Below, piece by piece: positions 9,728 through 18,873 of a DNA stretch of 64,000 bases. The stretch covers positions 224,001 to 288,000 of the forward strand of contig JBILLK010000006.1 of the NCBI GenBank assembly GCA_044376115.1. The letters are read 5' to 3'. Source of the stretch: Polyangiaceae bacterium (lineage in GTDB: Bacteria > Myxococcota_A > Polyangia > Polyangiales > Polyangiaceae). The translations under genes were made by a program, and so were the position numbers. Each line of letters opens with the position of its first letter. Positions within the stretch are counted from its first letter, which is position 1. The notes under the pieces were generated by a model. The model searched no databases. It worked only from the letters and a program-made list of their open reading frames with translations, and had not been told where the DNA came from.

Positions 9728-10189
9728 GTGTCACACGAAGCGACGTCGAAGCTCGACATCCACCAAATCCTGTCGATTCTTCCCCATCGCTACCCGCTGG
9801 TGATGGTCGATCGAGTGACCGAGATCGTTCCGCTCAAACACGCACGCGGTCACAAGTGCGTGGCGTACAACGAGCCGTGGTTCCAGGGTCACTTCCCAAC
9901 CCGGCCGATCATGCCGGGCGTGCTGATCTTGGAGGCTCTGGCGCAGCTCGGCGGCATCCTCGCGTACGCCAGCGAGCCGTTTGACGCGACCAACAAGCTG
10001 ATGTTCTTCCTCGGGATCGACAAGGCGAAGTTTCGCCGGCCGGTGGAGCCCGGAGATCGCTTGGACTTATTGGTGGAATTGGTGCACCACCGCAGCAACG
10101 TGTGGAAGCTGAAGGGCGAGGGGACGGTTGAGGGCAAGCTCTGCGCGGAAGCGGAGCTGCTTGCCTCCGTGGTGGACCGTCCCGAATGA
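9728..10189 (+). CDS. fabZ: 3-hydroxyacyl-ACP dehydratase
   Basis: LPHRYP, FQGHFP..PIMPGVLILEALAQ, KFRRPVEPGD. Confidence 0.97.
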   Translation: MSHEATSKLDIHQILSILPHRYPLVMVDRVTEIVPLKHARGHKCVAYNEPWFQGHFPTRPIMPGVLILEALAQLGGILAYASEPFDATNKLMFFLGIDKAKFRRPVEPGDRLDLLVELVHHRSNVWKLKGEGTVEGKLCAEAELLASVVDRPE

Positions 10190-10253
10190 TGCTTTGGACC
10201 GCGCAATCAACGCGGGTGGAACTTTTCGCTAGCCGTGCTTTCATGAGCTACGC

Positions 10254-11879
10254 ATGAAGCAACGCGTCGTTCCCGCCTCTGAGCCAGGTCGCACTCAATC
10301 GGCGCTGAGTCACGCGGCGACCGCGCGCATGGTGGCGAAGCTGATGGCTGTGACGACGCTTTGTCTCACGTTGCCGGCGGATGCTCAGAACTCCGTCTCT
10401 CACGAGTACGTTGCGCCGGATCCGAAGGAAGACGTCTCGCTCGCCGCAACCACGCTCGACGGCAATCTCCCAGCCGCACTCGAGACGCAGAGCGGTGTTG
10501 CGACTGCGCCCGATCCGCGGCGGCCGCCCGACCCGAACCATCTCTACACCGGCGGCTCCACGGATGACTCGCCCGATAGCACCTTTCCCCCGGATCGCGA
10601 CACGCGCCAGCCAACGATCGAGAACTACGACGATCCGTTCTCTCCGGCGACGACCCCGTTCAAGCGGCTGCGGGCGTACGACACCTTCGACAGTGACTAC
10701 AACCTCAAGGTGGCCAGTCGGCAAACCACAACGGTGCCGGTCGGCGGAGAACTCGCGTCGGGGGATGACCCTTTTTACGCGGACTTGAGCGTTGAGCTGC
10801 TCGCGGATGACCTCGTGCGTATTCCGACGGTGGGGCCCGGTTCACGCATCCTGAAGATGCACGTTTCTCCCGCGACCACGGTCTCAATCGTCCGTGATGG
10901 CGCTGACAACTGGTTCTTGCGAGGCAGTGAGCGCAAGCGTGTTCGCGTCGTGATGCAGCTGGCGATTCCGCGTTCCACCTTCGGCTCTGACTTCGCGGAC
11001 GTGGACTGGTCTCGCATCGAGTCGATGGTCGCACCCACTGGCAGGAGGCCGCGCACCGACGCTGTGTTTTCGGCGATCGGAATCGATCGCGGGATGCGGC
11101 CCAAGATAGTGCTCGGGAAGATGGTGCAGTACTTCCGTGCCTTCGCGCCGTCGAATGATCCGCCGAAAACGCACGGCGACATTTACCTCGATCTCGCCCT
11201 GTCGAAGAAGGGCGTGTGCCGTCATCGCGCCTTCGCCTTCTTGGTCACGGCGCTGTCGATCGGTCTCCCGGCCCGCATGGTCGTCAATGAGGCTCATGCT
11301 TGGGTCGAGGCTTATGACGGCTCGCTTTGGCACCGGATTGATCTTGGTGGAGCTGCGCTCGACCTCGATCAAGAGGTGGACCTGAATCAGCCGCAGCATG
11401 ATCCACCCGCGGATCCGTATGACTGGCCCGACGGCGCCCGCGACAACTCCGGTGAGAATCTCGGCAACAAGGATCGGGAGCAGAACGATACGCCTGGACC
11501 AACCGATCCCAATGATCCCAACGGTTCCTCAGCGCTCCCCGACCCTTCGCTCGATCCGTCCAATCAGTCCCCGGTCAACCCCGACGCAGCCGAGTCGACG
11601 GTCAAGCTGGAGCTGATCGACAAGGCCTTGCTGCGCGGGAAGCCGCTGCGGCTCAAGGGCTCGGTTACGTCGAAGGAGCAGCCTTGCAAGAACGTCCGCG
11701 TTGACGTGATGGTGCGCGGTTCGGATGACGTACGGCGAACCATTGGCGCCGTACCAACCGTCGACGACGGTAGCTTTGACGGCGCGCTGGTCATCCCGCG
11801 GGACCTTCCTACCGGGGACTATTCGGTTTTCGCGACCACCCGCGGTGACAGGACCTGCGGCGCAGGCCGCTCTGACTGA
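10254..11879 (+). CDS. Secreted transglutaminase-like domain protein
   Basis: KGVCRHRAFAF (Cys), HAWVE (His), W.RID (Asp), signal-like N-terminus, C-terminal beta-sandwich. Start uncertain. Confidence 0.8.
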   Translation: MKQRVVPASEPGRTQSALSHAATARMVAKLMAVTTLCLTLPADAQNSVSHEYVAPDPKEDVSLAATTLDGNLPAALETQSGVATAPDPRRPPDPNHLYTGGSTDDSPDSTFPPDRDTRQPTIENYDDPFSPATTPFKRLRAYDTFDSDYNLKVASRQTTTVPVGGELASGDDPFYADLSVELLADDLVRIPTVGPGSRILKMHVSPATTVSIVRDGADNWFLRGSERKRVRVVMQLAIPRSTFGSDFADVDWSRIESMVAPTGRRPRTDAVFSAIGIDRGMRPKIVLGKMVQYFRAFAPSNDPPKTHGDIYLDLALSKKGVCRHRAFAFLVTALSIGLPARMVVNEAHAWVEAYDGSLWHRIDLGGAALDLDQEVDLNQPQHDPPADPYDWPDGARDNSGENLGNKDREQNDTPGPTDPNDPNGSSALPDPSLDPSNQSPVNPDAAESTVKLELIDKALLRGKPLRLKGSVTSKEQPCKNVRVDVMVRGSDDVRRTIGAVPTVDDGSFDGALVIPRDLPTGDYSVFATTRGDRTCGAGRSD

Positions 11880-11927
11880 GCCGCGGACCTCGCTCCGACG
11901 GAGCGCTCCGTCGGAGGCGAGCGGCTC
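11878..11927. terminator. Long palindrome/hairpin between convergent genes
   Basis: Perfect 24-bp palindrome CTCCGACGGAGCGCTCCGTCGGAG at 11893-11916, flanked by GAGCCGC/GCGGCTC. Confidence 0.6.
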
Positions 11928-11937
11928 GCTACTGCGC

Positions 11938-13560
11938 TTACTGCACGGTGAGCGTACCGGCGTTGTTCGTCGAGTAGCCGTCGGAGCTTCCAGCGTCTCC
12001 TGCGTCGCAGAAAAGCCAGGTTGCTCCGCCGTCAGCGCTGAAGCGGTAGGCGAAGTCGTAGTTGCCCACGTTGGGGAGCGTGAAATCGGCGAAGTATTCG
12101 TCGTTGTTCGGCTCGCCAGCTGCGCCGCCGTTGTAGCCCATGTTGGGCGTCGAGGCGGACCACGTCCACGCAGCGCTTGGGCTACTGCCGTCTGGGCCAA
12201 AGCCAAACTGCGCGAGCAAGGATGGCGAGAGATCGTTTGCGGTGGATTGGTCGGTTAGGCCCGCAACGTAGACTCGCCCGTACACCGTTGCGGTGGAGCC
12301 GCTTGCACCGGTGATCGAGCTTGGGAACTGAAGCCGACAGAAGCCAACGTCGAAGTTGGTGCAGCCGCTCGTATTCAAGCCGCAGTTCGCGTCGCAGGCG
12401 AGCGAACCGGCGTTGAAGTTTGCAAGGTCTGCGCAGGTCTGACCGTTGAAGTCGACACCGTCACAGGCCTCCGAGCCCTCGACGTCGTCGTTTCCGCAAA
12501 GTGCACAGTCGCTATCGTTGAAGGTGCAGTTCGCGTTGCACGTCAGGGTGCCCGAGGCATACCCGAGCGATGCGCAACTTTGACCATTGAGCTGCGCGCC
12601 GTCACACGACTCGTTGCCATTCAGGACGTTGTTGCCGCAGGTAATGAAGGAACAACCTTGCGTGTTGAAGTCGCAGTTCGAGTCGCAGCTCAGCGAGCCT
12701 GCGTCAAAGCCGAGGCCGGTGCAGCTCTCCCCACCGAGGGCCGAGCCATCGCAGTCCTCGTTGGCGTCCACGGTCTGATTTCCGCAGTTGGTGCAGCCCG
12801 AGAGGTCCAGGGTGCAATTGGCGCATGCGAGCGTGCCCGCGGCAAACCCGGCGCTTTCGCAGGTGGCCCCTCCAAGCAGGTTTCCATCGCACTCCTCGCC
12901 TTCATCGATGCTGGCGTTGCCACACTCAGGTGCGGCTTCACAGCCCGAGGTGTCGAGCCCACCACAATCCGCCGAGCAGGTGAGCGTACCCGAGAGAAAA
13001 CCGAGCGAAGTGCAGGTCGCACCGCCGAAGTCCGAGCCGTCACAGACCTCCCCGCGTTCGACGGAGCCGTTACCGCATTCTGCTCCGGCTGACGTGCAGC
13101 CGCTGTTGTCGTGGGTGCACTCGGCGGTGCATCGCAGCTCCCCGCCGCTGAAGCCCAAAGTGAGGCAGGTGGCTTCTCCGAGCTCGTCGCCGTCGCAGAT
13201 CTCGTCTCCCTCGACGACGCCGTTCCCACAGGAGTTGGGCTGGGCATCTTCACAGTCGCTGAAGTCGAAGGAGCACTCCGCCGAACAAGCGAGGGCTCCG
13301 CTCGAGTAGCCGAGCGAGGTGCAGGTGGTGCCGTTCAGGTCCTCGCCGTCACACGCTTCGACTGCGGCGCGCACCCCGTCGCCACACGCGGGTTCCTCCT
13401 CACCACAACTCACGCTCAACGCAGCGGCCAACAAAAACGAACTGAGCGCCGGCCCCAAAACGAGCCGCCGCCCAATCCGTAGTTTCGCTAACGGGAGGTT
13501 CTCCCGCTTCGCTGATGAGCTTGGAACCGAGGTGCCCGAGGAGTTCAGCGTGTTGCTCAC
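11938..13560 (-). CDS. Lipoprotein with seven myxobacterial Cys-rich repeats and a C-terminal Ig-like domain
   Basis: Lipobox SVSC, seven CG(N/D)x6ExCDG...C...LxC...C repeats, C-terminal NNDEY...YRFSADGG domain. Start uncertain. Confidence 0.8.
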   Translation of the reverse strand: MSNTLNSSGTSVPSSSAKRENLPLAKLRIGRRLVLGPALSSFLLAAALSVSCGEEEPACGDGVRAAVEACDGEDLNGTTCTSLGYSSGALACSAECSFDFSDCEDAQPNSCGNGVVEGDEICDGDELGEATCLTLGFSGGELRCTAECTHDNSGCTSAGAECGNGSVERGEVCDGSDFGGATCTSLGFLSGTLTCSADCGGLDTSGCEAAPECGNASIDEGEECDGNLLGGATCESAGFAAGTLACANCTLDLSGCTNCGNQTVDANEDCDGSALGGESCTGLGFDAGSLSCDSNCDFNTQGCSFITCGNNVLNGNESCDGAQLNGQSCASLGYASGTLTCNANCTFNDSDCALCGNDDVEGSEACDGVDFNGQTCADLANFNAGSLACDANCGLNTSGCTNFDVGFCRLQFPSSITGASGSTATVYGRVYVAGLTDQSTANDLSPSLLAQFGFGPDGSSPSAAWTWSASTPNMGYNGGAAGEPNNDEYFADFTLPNVGNYDFAYRFSADGGATWLFCDAGDAGSSDGYSTNNAGTLTVQ

Positions 13561-13640
13561 GCTTCCAGCGCTATCACGACCGCCGCCGATTTGCAGCGGA
13601 CTGAGAACTCCTCGCCCTCCGGCTTGCCTCTTCCGCCCGG

Positions 13641-14216
13641 CTACTTGCCCAGGAGGGCTTTGACCTCAGCGGCGATCTTCTCTTCTTCGCCGGTCTCGTA
13701 GCCAGCGTGGGTGTGGCGAATGTTGCCCTCTTTGTCGAGCACGAAGCTGGTGGGCATTTTCTCCGGGTTGTAGTCCTTCGACGTCTTGTGCTCCTTGTCC
13801 CAAACCACCGCGAACTTCACGTTGGTTTCGTTGGCGAACTCCTTGATCTTCTCGGGCGAGACGTCGCCGGGCTCGTCAACGCTCACGGCGATGACCGCAA
13901 GATCCCCACCGAATTGGTCCACCAACTCTTGGTACTTGGGGAACGACTTGCGACACGGGTCACAGTAGGTGGCCCAAAAGTCGACGATGACGACCTTGCC
14001 TTTGGCTTCCGCGATGCTCTTCGGGCCATCGCCGGTCACAAACTCTACCTGCAGCTCTTTGGCAGCGCTTCCGCCCGAGGCGGGTTCGCCGTTTTCAGGT
14101 TTGGCAGCGTCGGGGGTGCCTGAGGCGCAGCTCACCGTGGCAGCGACTGAAAGCAAAAGGCCAAGCGCGCCGAAGGCTCGCCCAAAAGCACCGGACTTAC
14201 CTGCATGGTTCATCAT
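13641..14216 (-). CDS. TlpA-family thiol-disulfide reductase lipoprotein
   Basis: GKVVIVDFWATYCDPC, MPTSFVLDKEG, lipobox TVSC, AAGGAG RBS. Confidence 0.92.
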   Translation of the reverse strand: MMNHAGKSGAFGRAFGALGLLLSVAATVSCASGTPDAAKPENGEPASGGSAAKELQVEFVTGDGPKSIAEAKGKVVIVDFWATYCDPCRKSFPKYQELVDQFGGDLAVIAVSVDEPGDVSPEKIKEFANETNVKFAVVWDKEHKTSKDYNPEKMPTSFVLDKEGNIRHTHAGYETGEEEKIAAEVKALLGK

Positions 14217-14420
14217 GAAAACGTGTCTCCTTGTCGAAACATTCGGGTGGATGCGCCCCGATGCGCGCGGCGGAGCTTAGCCTACCGGGAGAATTCGGGC
14301 GAGAGCTCCAACCACTCGACGCTCTAGGCCCTCGGTTCGGCTCGCAGCTCATGCACCCGTACACGGCTGCTGCTCAATCGAAGGTTGAGAAGGCTGGGCT
14401 TTCAGTGCAACATCGCTGAA

Positions 14421-15056
14421 ATGGTGGCCGTGGGCTCGAAACTGTTCGCCCTGCTCGCACTGAGCGTTCCTCTGGCGGTGATGTCGGCGTCGTGCGGTGT
14501 GGGCGACGCCATCTGCACCGACAAGACCGTTGAGGAAGACCGTGAGGACGCCTGCCCCTATGGCCCTCCCGGCGGACCGCAGCGTAAGAACGTCGATGGC
14601 TGTGTCGTGCCTCTCGACGACTCGAACTGCACGAAGACCTTTGCAGACGACGTGTACCCAATCCTGATTGCGCCTCCGGGGGCTCAGGGCGGCGGCGGCT
14701 GTACCCTCGCCGCGTGCCACGGTCCAGACGGCAGCGGTAAGGTCGATATGGTGGTGGCTGAAGACGCCACACCCGACGAACTCTACGAAGTCATGGCTGC
14801 GGTGCGCAATGAGGCCGGAGACCCATACGTCGCCGAGGGTGACTCCTCGGCCTACTTTTATTGCAACGTGAAGGCGATCGTTGGCGGCGGCAGCGCGATG
14901 CCACCGTCCGGTTTTGCGGCGGTCCCCGAGAATCTCGCGGTGCTCGAGGAGTGGGCGCGTTGTGGGATGAAGAACGACGGCGTCGGAACCGGCGGAGGTG
15001 GCGTCGGCGGGAGTGGTGGTGGCGGCGGCAGCGGCGGTGCTGGTGGCGGCCTGTGA
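14421..15056 (+). CDS. Lipoprotein, putative c-type cytochrome with atypical CX4CH motif
   Basis: Lipobox SASC, GCTLAACHG, distal AMPP, Gly-rich tail. Confidence 0.6.
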   Translation: MVAVGSKLFALLALSVPLAVMSASCGVGDAICTDKTVEEDREDACPYGPPGGPQRKNVDGCVVPLDDSNCTKTFADDVYPILIAPPGAQGGGGCTLAACHGPDGSGKVDMVVAEDATPDELYEVMAAVRNEAGDPYVAEGDSSAYFYCNVKAIVGGGSAMPPSGFAAVPENLAVLEEWARCGMKNDGVGTGGGGVGGSGGGGGSGGAGGGL

Positions 15057-15121
15057 CACCCCGAGCGCGTTCGAGTGAGATCGTGCTAACCGCGAACGCC
15101 GGTGAGAGTTATATTCGCCCC

Positions 15122-15388
15122 ATGTCTCGCAAGCGAATTGGTTCCAGATCCTCCCGTCGCTCGCGCATGGCACTTGCCGCGCGCGTGTTGGCTTCGCTCG
15201 CAGTGCTATCGGCAGCCGTGTGCGCCACAGGCTGCACCGCGGTGGCGCCGTATGAACGCGGCAAGCTCGCGCACCCCACGATGACCGCCGGCGGTCTGAG
15301 CACGATGGGGGAGGAGCATCTTCACGCGATCTCCGAGGGCGCGACGGGTGGAAGCGGCGGAACTGGCAGCGGCTGCGGCTGTAACTGA
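15122..15388 (+). CDS. DUF4266-family small lipoprotein
   Basis: GC..VAPYERGKLAHPTM and C-terminal EGATGGSGGTGSGCGCN, typical of the family. Confidence 0.88.
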   Translation: MSRKRIGSRSSRRSRMALAARVLASLAVLSAAVCATGCTAVAPYERGKLAHPTMTAGGLSTMGEEHLHAISEGATGGSGGTGSGCGCN

Positions 15389-15397
15389 CGTCCGTTC

Positions 15398-17599
15398 GTG
15401 ATGAAGTTTGTTGCCAACGCATCGTTCGGGACGGGCTCTTCGCTTGCAACCAAAGGGTGCCTGGCGCTGCTGCTCGCGGTTCTTGTGGGAGCCACATCTC
15501 AGGTCGCTCTAGCGGGCCCAGACACTTCGGCGAATGACGCTGAAGTCGAGGTCTTGGTTCAAAGCGTCTTTGAGGCGGAGTACCCGAAGAAGCAGTACGT
15601 CGAAGCGCTCGAGAAGCTTCAGCTCGCGTCCACGGTGTGCCAGGAAGGCAGCTGCGGCGCCAAGATGCGTGCGCGCGTGCTGATCGGCGTTGCGACTGTC
15701 CTCGCCGGTGGTCTCGAACAAAAGAATGATGCGGTCGAGGTCTTCAAGATCGCCCTGAAAGAGGACCCCAAAGTTACGCTGATCAAGGGCTTCGATACGG
15801 GGGCCATTCGCTCGGCTTGGGACGCGGCACGCGGGCAGAGTTCGAGCACCGGACCTGCGCCGATCGAGCGCAAGAAGTATCCCGGAGGCAGGCTTCCCCC
15901 GCGAGGCTGGAAAAGCGCCGAGGCGTTCTTCTACTACCAAGAGGCAGCCAAAGCCGAAGACGAGCGCTCGTGGGCGCTTTGCGCTGGCTACGCTGGTGAT
16001 TCCTTCGCAGCAGAAGGGCGCATCGCCACGCGTTACTTGCGCGGAAAATGTCACGACCTCGCAGGCAACTGGGTCGAGGCCATCGCTGATTTTGAGGTGG
16101 TGGCAGCCGAGGCACCCAAACTCGGCATGCTCGAGTCCGGAGCAAAGGCCAAGCAGCGCTACGAGGAGATGAACGCCAAAATGCCGAAGCTGGTGCTTCG
16201 GCCTCCGCCGAACGCCGAGGCGCTCGAGGTCTTCCTCGACGATGAGCCAGTGTCCGCAGACAAACTCGGCGGCGAGTTGTGGGCCAACCCTGGTCAGCGT
16301 CGCATCCGCGCGAGCGGCAAGGTTGGCGGCCAGCAGCTCTCGTTTCAGCGCGATCTGACCCTCAACGAGGGCAAGGTCGAGACGGTCGATATTCGGCTGG
16401 TCCCGGCGACGCAGGTCGCCAGCGACAACCGCGTGCTCAAATGTTTGGAGAAGTCGAAGTCGCGTGACGAACTCGCAGAGTGCATCGGCGAGGGGACGGG
16501 GCGGCCCGTCAACGTGCGGGTCGCGGGCGAGTTCTCCGGCTACTTGGATGACGACAACACTAGCGTGCTTTCTCCCGCTGTGGTCGTGCGCGTCACCAGC
16601 CCGACCGACGGCTGGACCTTGGGTGGCGCCTTCCTTGTCGACGTCGTTACTACGGCCTCGACAGACATCGTTGCCACCGCTTCTCCCCGCTGGACCGAGA
16701 CTCGGTATGTCCCCAACATCAACGGCAGCAAGAAGTTCGGTGACGTCACGCTCGGACTCAGCTCCGGCCTTTCGATCGAGCCCGACTACTTATCGATCGC
16801 CGCCGGTGCGAACTTCTCCGCCGACGTCGTCGACAAGCGGCTCACGCCGAGCTTGGCCTACGGCTTCGGTTACGACATCCAAGGGCGCAGCGGCACCAGC
16901 TTCGACGCCTTCAGCTCGATCATCTACCAAAACAGCATCGATGCCGGCCTTTCGATCGTCGCGGACAAAGCCACCGTGGTGACCGCGGGAGCCACCGTGA
17001 TTTTGCAAAATGGCGACACCTCGAAGCCGTATCGCTATGTGCCGCTTTTCACGCCGGAGATCGTCAACCAAATCCCCGCTGGCCTCGTTCGCCAAGAGGT
17101 TGATCGTGTGCGATCTCAGACTCGCGCGCTTGAACAGCTGCCGACGGATCGTCAGCGTTACGCACTGAGCGGCCGCGTCGCCCACCGATTCGATGCCAGC
17201 ACTTTACGTGTTGATGAGCGGCTCTACATGGATAGCTGGGGCATCATGGCCAGCACCACCGATTCATTGTGGCTGTTCGACGTAGAGCAATTCCGCTTCT
17301 GGCCGCATGTGCGATTTCACGCGCAGGGCGGTGCGGACTTTTGGCAGGTCGCCTACCCGGTGATCGAGAACCCTTCGGGCGAGCTGATTCTGCCCAACTT
17401 CCGCACGGGGGATCGCGAGCTTGGCCCCATGCTCGGGCTCTCCTTCGGCGGTGGCGCTCGCATGGCCGCAGGTGAAGCGAAGAACTGGGGCTTCACCCTC
17501 AGCGGTGACGCTGTGTACAACCGCTATCTCAATCACCTCTACATCATTGAACGCTGGGGCGGCTACGCCGCGCTCGGCGTGGAGGTCGACGTCGAATGA
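15398..17599 (+). CDS. DUF3570-family outer-membrane beta-barrel with N-terminal TPR-like and PEGA-like extension
   Basis: YLDDDNTSVLSP, VDVVTTAS, S.EPDY.S, EQLP..R.R, RLYMDSWGI, TGDREL. Directly follows DUF4266. Confidence 0.85.
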   Translation: MMKFVANASFGTGSSLATKGCLALLLAVLVGATSQVALAGPDTSANDAEVEVLVQSVFEAEYPKKQYVEALEKLQLASTVCQEGSCGAKMRARVLIGVATVLAGGLEQKNDAVEVFKIALKEDPKVTLIKGFDTGAIRSAWDAARGQSSSTGPAPIERKKYPGGRLPPRGWKSAEAFFYYQEAAKAEDERSWALCAGYAGDSFAAEGRIATRYLRGKCHDLAGNWVEAIADFEVVAAEAPKLGMLESGAKAKQRYEEMNAKMPKLVLRPPPNAEALEVFLDDEPVSADKLGGELWANPGQRRIRASGKVGGQQLSFQRDLTLNEGKVETVDIRLVPATQVASDNRVLKCLEKSKSRDELAECIGEGTGRPVNVRVAGEFSGYLDDDNTSVLSPAVVVRVTSPTDGWTLGGAFLVDVVTTASTDIVATASPRWTETRYVPNINGSKKFGDVTLGLSSGLSIEPDYLSIAAGANFSADVVDKRLTPSLAYGFGYDIQGRSGTSFDAFSSIIYQNSIDAGLSIVADKATVVTAGATVILQNGDTSKPYRYVPLFTPEIVNQIPAGLVRQEVDRVRSQTRALEQLPTDRQRYALSGRVAHRFDASTLRVDERLYMDSWGIMASTTDSLWLFDVEQFRFWPHVRFHAQGGADFWQVAYPVIENPSGELILPNFRTGDRELGPMLGLSFGGGARMAAGEAKNWGFTLSGDAVYNRYLNHLYIIERWGGYAALGVEVDVE

Positions 17600-18243
17600 C
17601 CGCCAACCAACCACGTCCGTTCAACGCCGCCCGTGTGAAGGTCGTCGCGCAGCTGATGCTGGTTGCGCTGGCCGTCGGCTGTGGCAACCCCGTCGCGGAT
17701 GAAAAGATCGAGGCCCTCGGAGCCGAGGTCGAGGGCGTCGAACCGGGGGAACACCATCGGCCCGGTCAGCCCTGCGTGCTGTGTCACAGCAAGGCCGGGG
17801 GAGCCGATCCGCACATGGCGATCGGCGGAACCATTTTCGCGGACCAACGCAGTTTTCTGCCGGTCGAGGGCGCTGAGGTCGTGATCTACGACACCTTGGG
17901 CGACGTCTACACGATGACGTCCAACTGCATCGGCAACTTCTACCTCGAGGACACCGATCTCATTCCGCAGTTCCCGCTTGCTGTCGAAGTGCGATGCCCA
18001 ACCTACAATGCTGCCGGCGAGCGGTTGGAAGCGCCCAAGGTGGTGTCGATGAACAGCTGGATCAGCCGGGATGGAAGCTGTGCTTCTTGTCACTCGTTGA
18101 GCGGGACTCAGGTTGATTCGACCGGCTGGATTTTCTGCAATGACCCTTCAGCCATTGCGGCCAACCCGTACCCTGAAGTTGCACCAACGTGCCCCGGCAA
18201 GGCGCCTCAAGAAGCTGGAGAGGCTGCGGAGACATCACCATGA
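17596..18243 (+). CDS. Diheme c-type cytochrome lipoprotein
   Basis: Lipobox AVGC, HRPGQPCVLCH and SCASCH. ATGA overlap with the DUF3570 gene. Confidence 0.8.
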   Translation: MTANQPRPFNAARVKVVAQLMLVALAVGCGNPVADEKIEALGAEVEGVEPGEHHRPGQPCVLCHSKAGGADPHMAIGGTIFADQRSFLPVEGAEVVIYDTLGDVYTMTSNCIGNFYLEDTDLIPQFPLAVEVRCPTYNAAGERLEAPKVVSMNSWISRDGSCASCHSLSGTQVDSTGWIFCNDPSAIAANPYPEVAPTCPGKAPQEAGEAAETSP

Positions 18244-18776
18244 GCATGTCGCCCTTTCGACACGTGATCACGCTCTCGTTAGCCGGGCTTGCTTGCGCAA
18301 CCTCTGCCTGCTCGGTTGACCTCGCACCCAACACGACCAACTGCCCGCCGCTGGAAGACTTCCAGGCCGTTTCCCCTCTACTCGAGCAACGTTGTGGGAC
18401 GCTGGACTGCCATGGCAATGACGCCCGCCCGCTCCGGCTCTACGGCCAGAATGGGCTTCGTTTCGTGGGTGACGAGGAAGACCCCGACCTCTACTCCGGC
18501 AACCTCGCCGCCCCGACGACCCCGCTCGAAAGAGAACGCAATTACTACGCCGTTTGTGGTCTCGAGCCGGAGAAGATGGTGGCCGTCTCCCAAGGGGAAG
18601 ATCCCGATACCCTGACCTTGGTGCGCAAGGCGCGCCTGACCGAGAAACACAAGGGCGGCAGAATCTGGGACAAGGGCAAGGTCGAGGATCGCTGCCTCGT
18701 TGGCTGGCTGACGACCGACCTCGACACGCCCGGCGAAATGGACACGAAGGACTGCGACGAAGCCGCGGGTCTTTGA
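18240..18776 (+). CDS. Lipoprotein, putative c-type cytochrome (CX4CH)
   Basis: Lipobox TSAC, RCGTLDCHG, distal KHKGG. ATGA overlap with the upstream gene. Confidence 0.65.
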   Translation: MSMSPFRHVITLSLAGLACATSACSVDLAPNTTNCPPLEDFQAVSPLLEQRCGTLDCHGNDARPLRLYGQNGLRFVGDEEDPDLYSGNLAAPTTPLERERNYYAVCGLEPEKMVAVSQGEDPDTLTLVRKARLTEKHKGGRIWDKGKVEDRCLVGWLTTDLDTPGEMDTKDCDEAAGL

Positions 18777-18873
18777 AGCCCCCGCGGCTCTTGTGACGCT
18801 CGTTTGCGTCGAAACCGTTTGAGTCGAATCCGCCGGTCCTCGCGTCGCGAGCGAGAACCGGCGCTTCAGTCGT

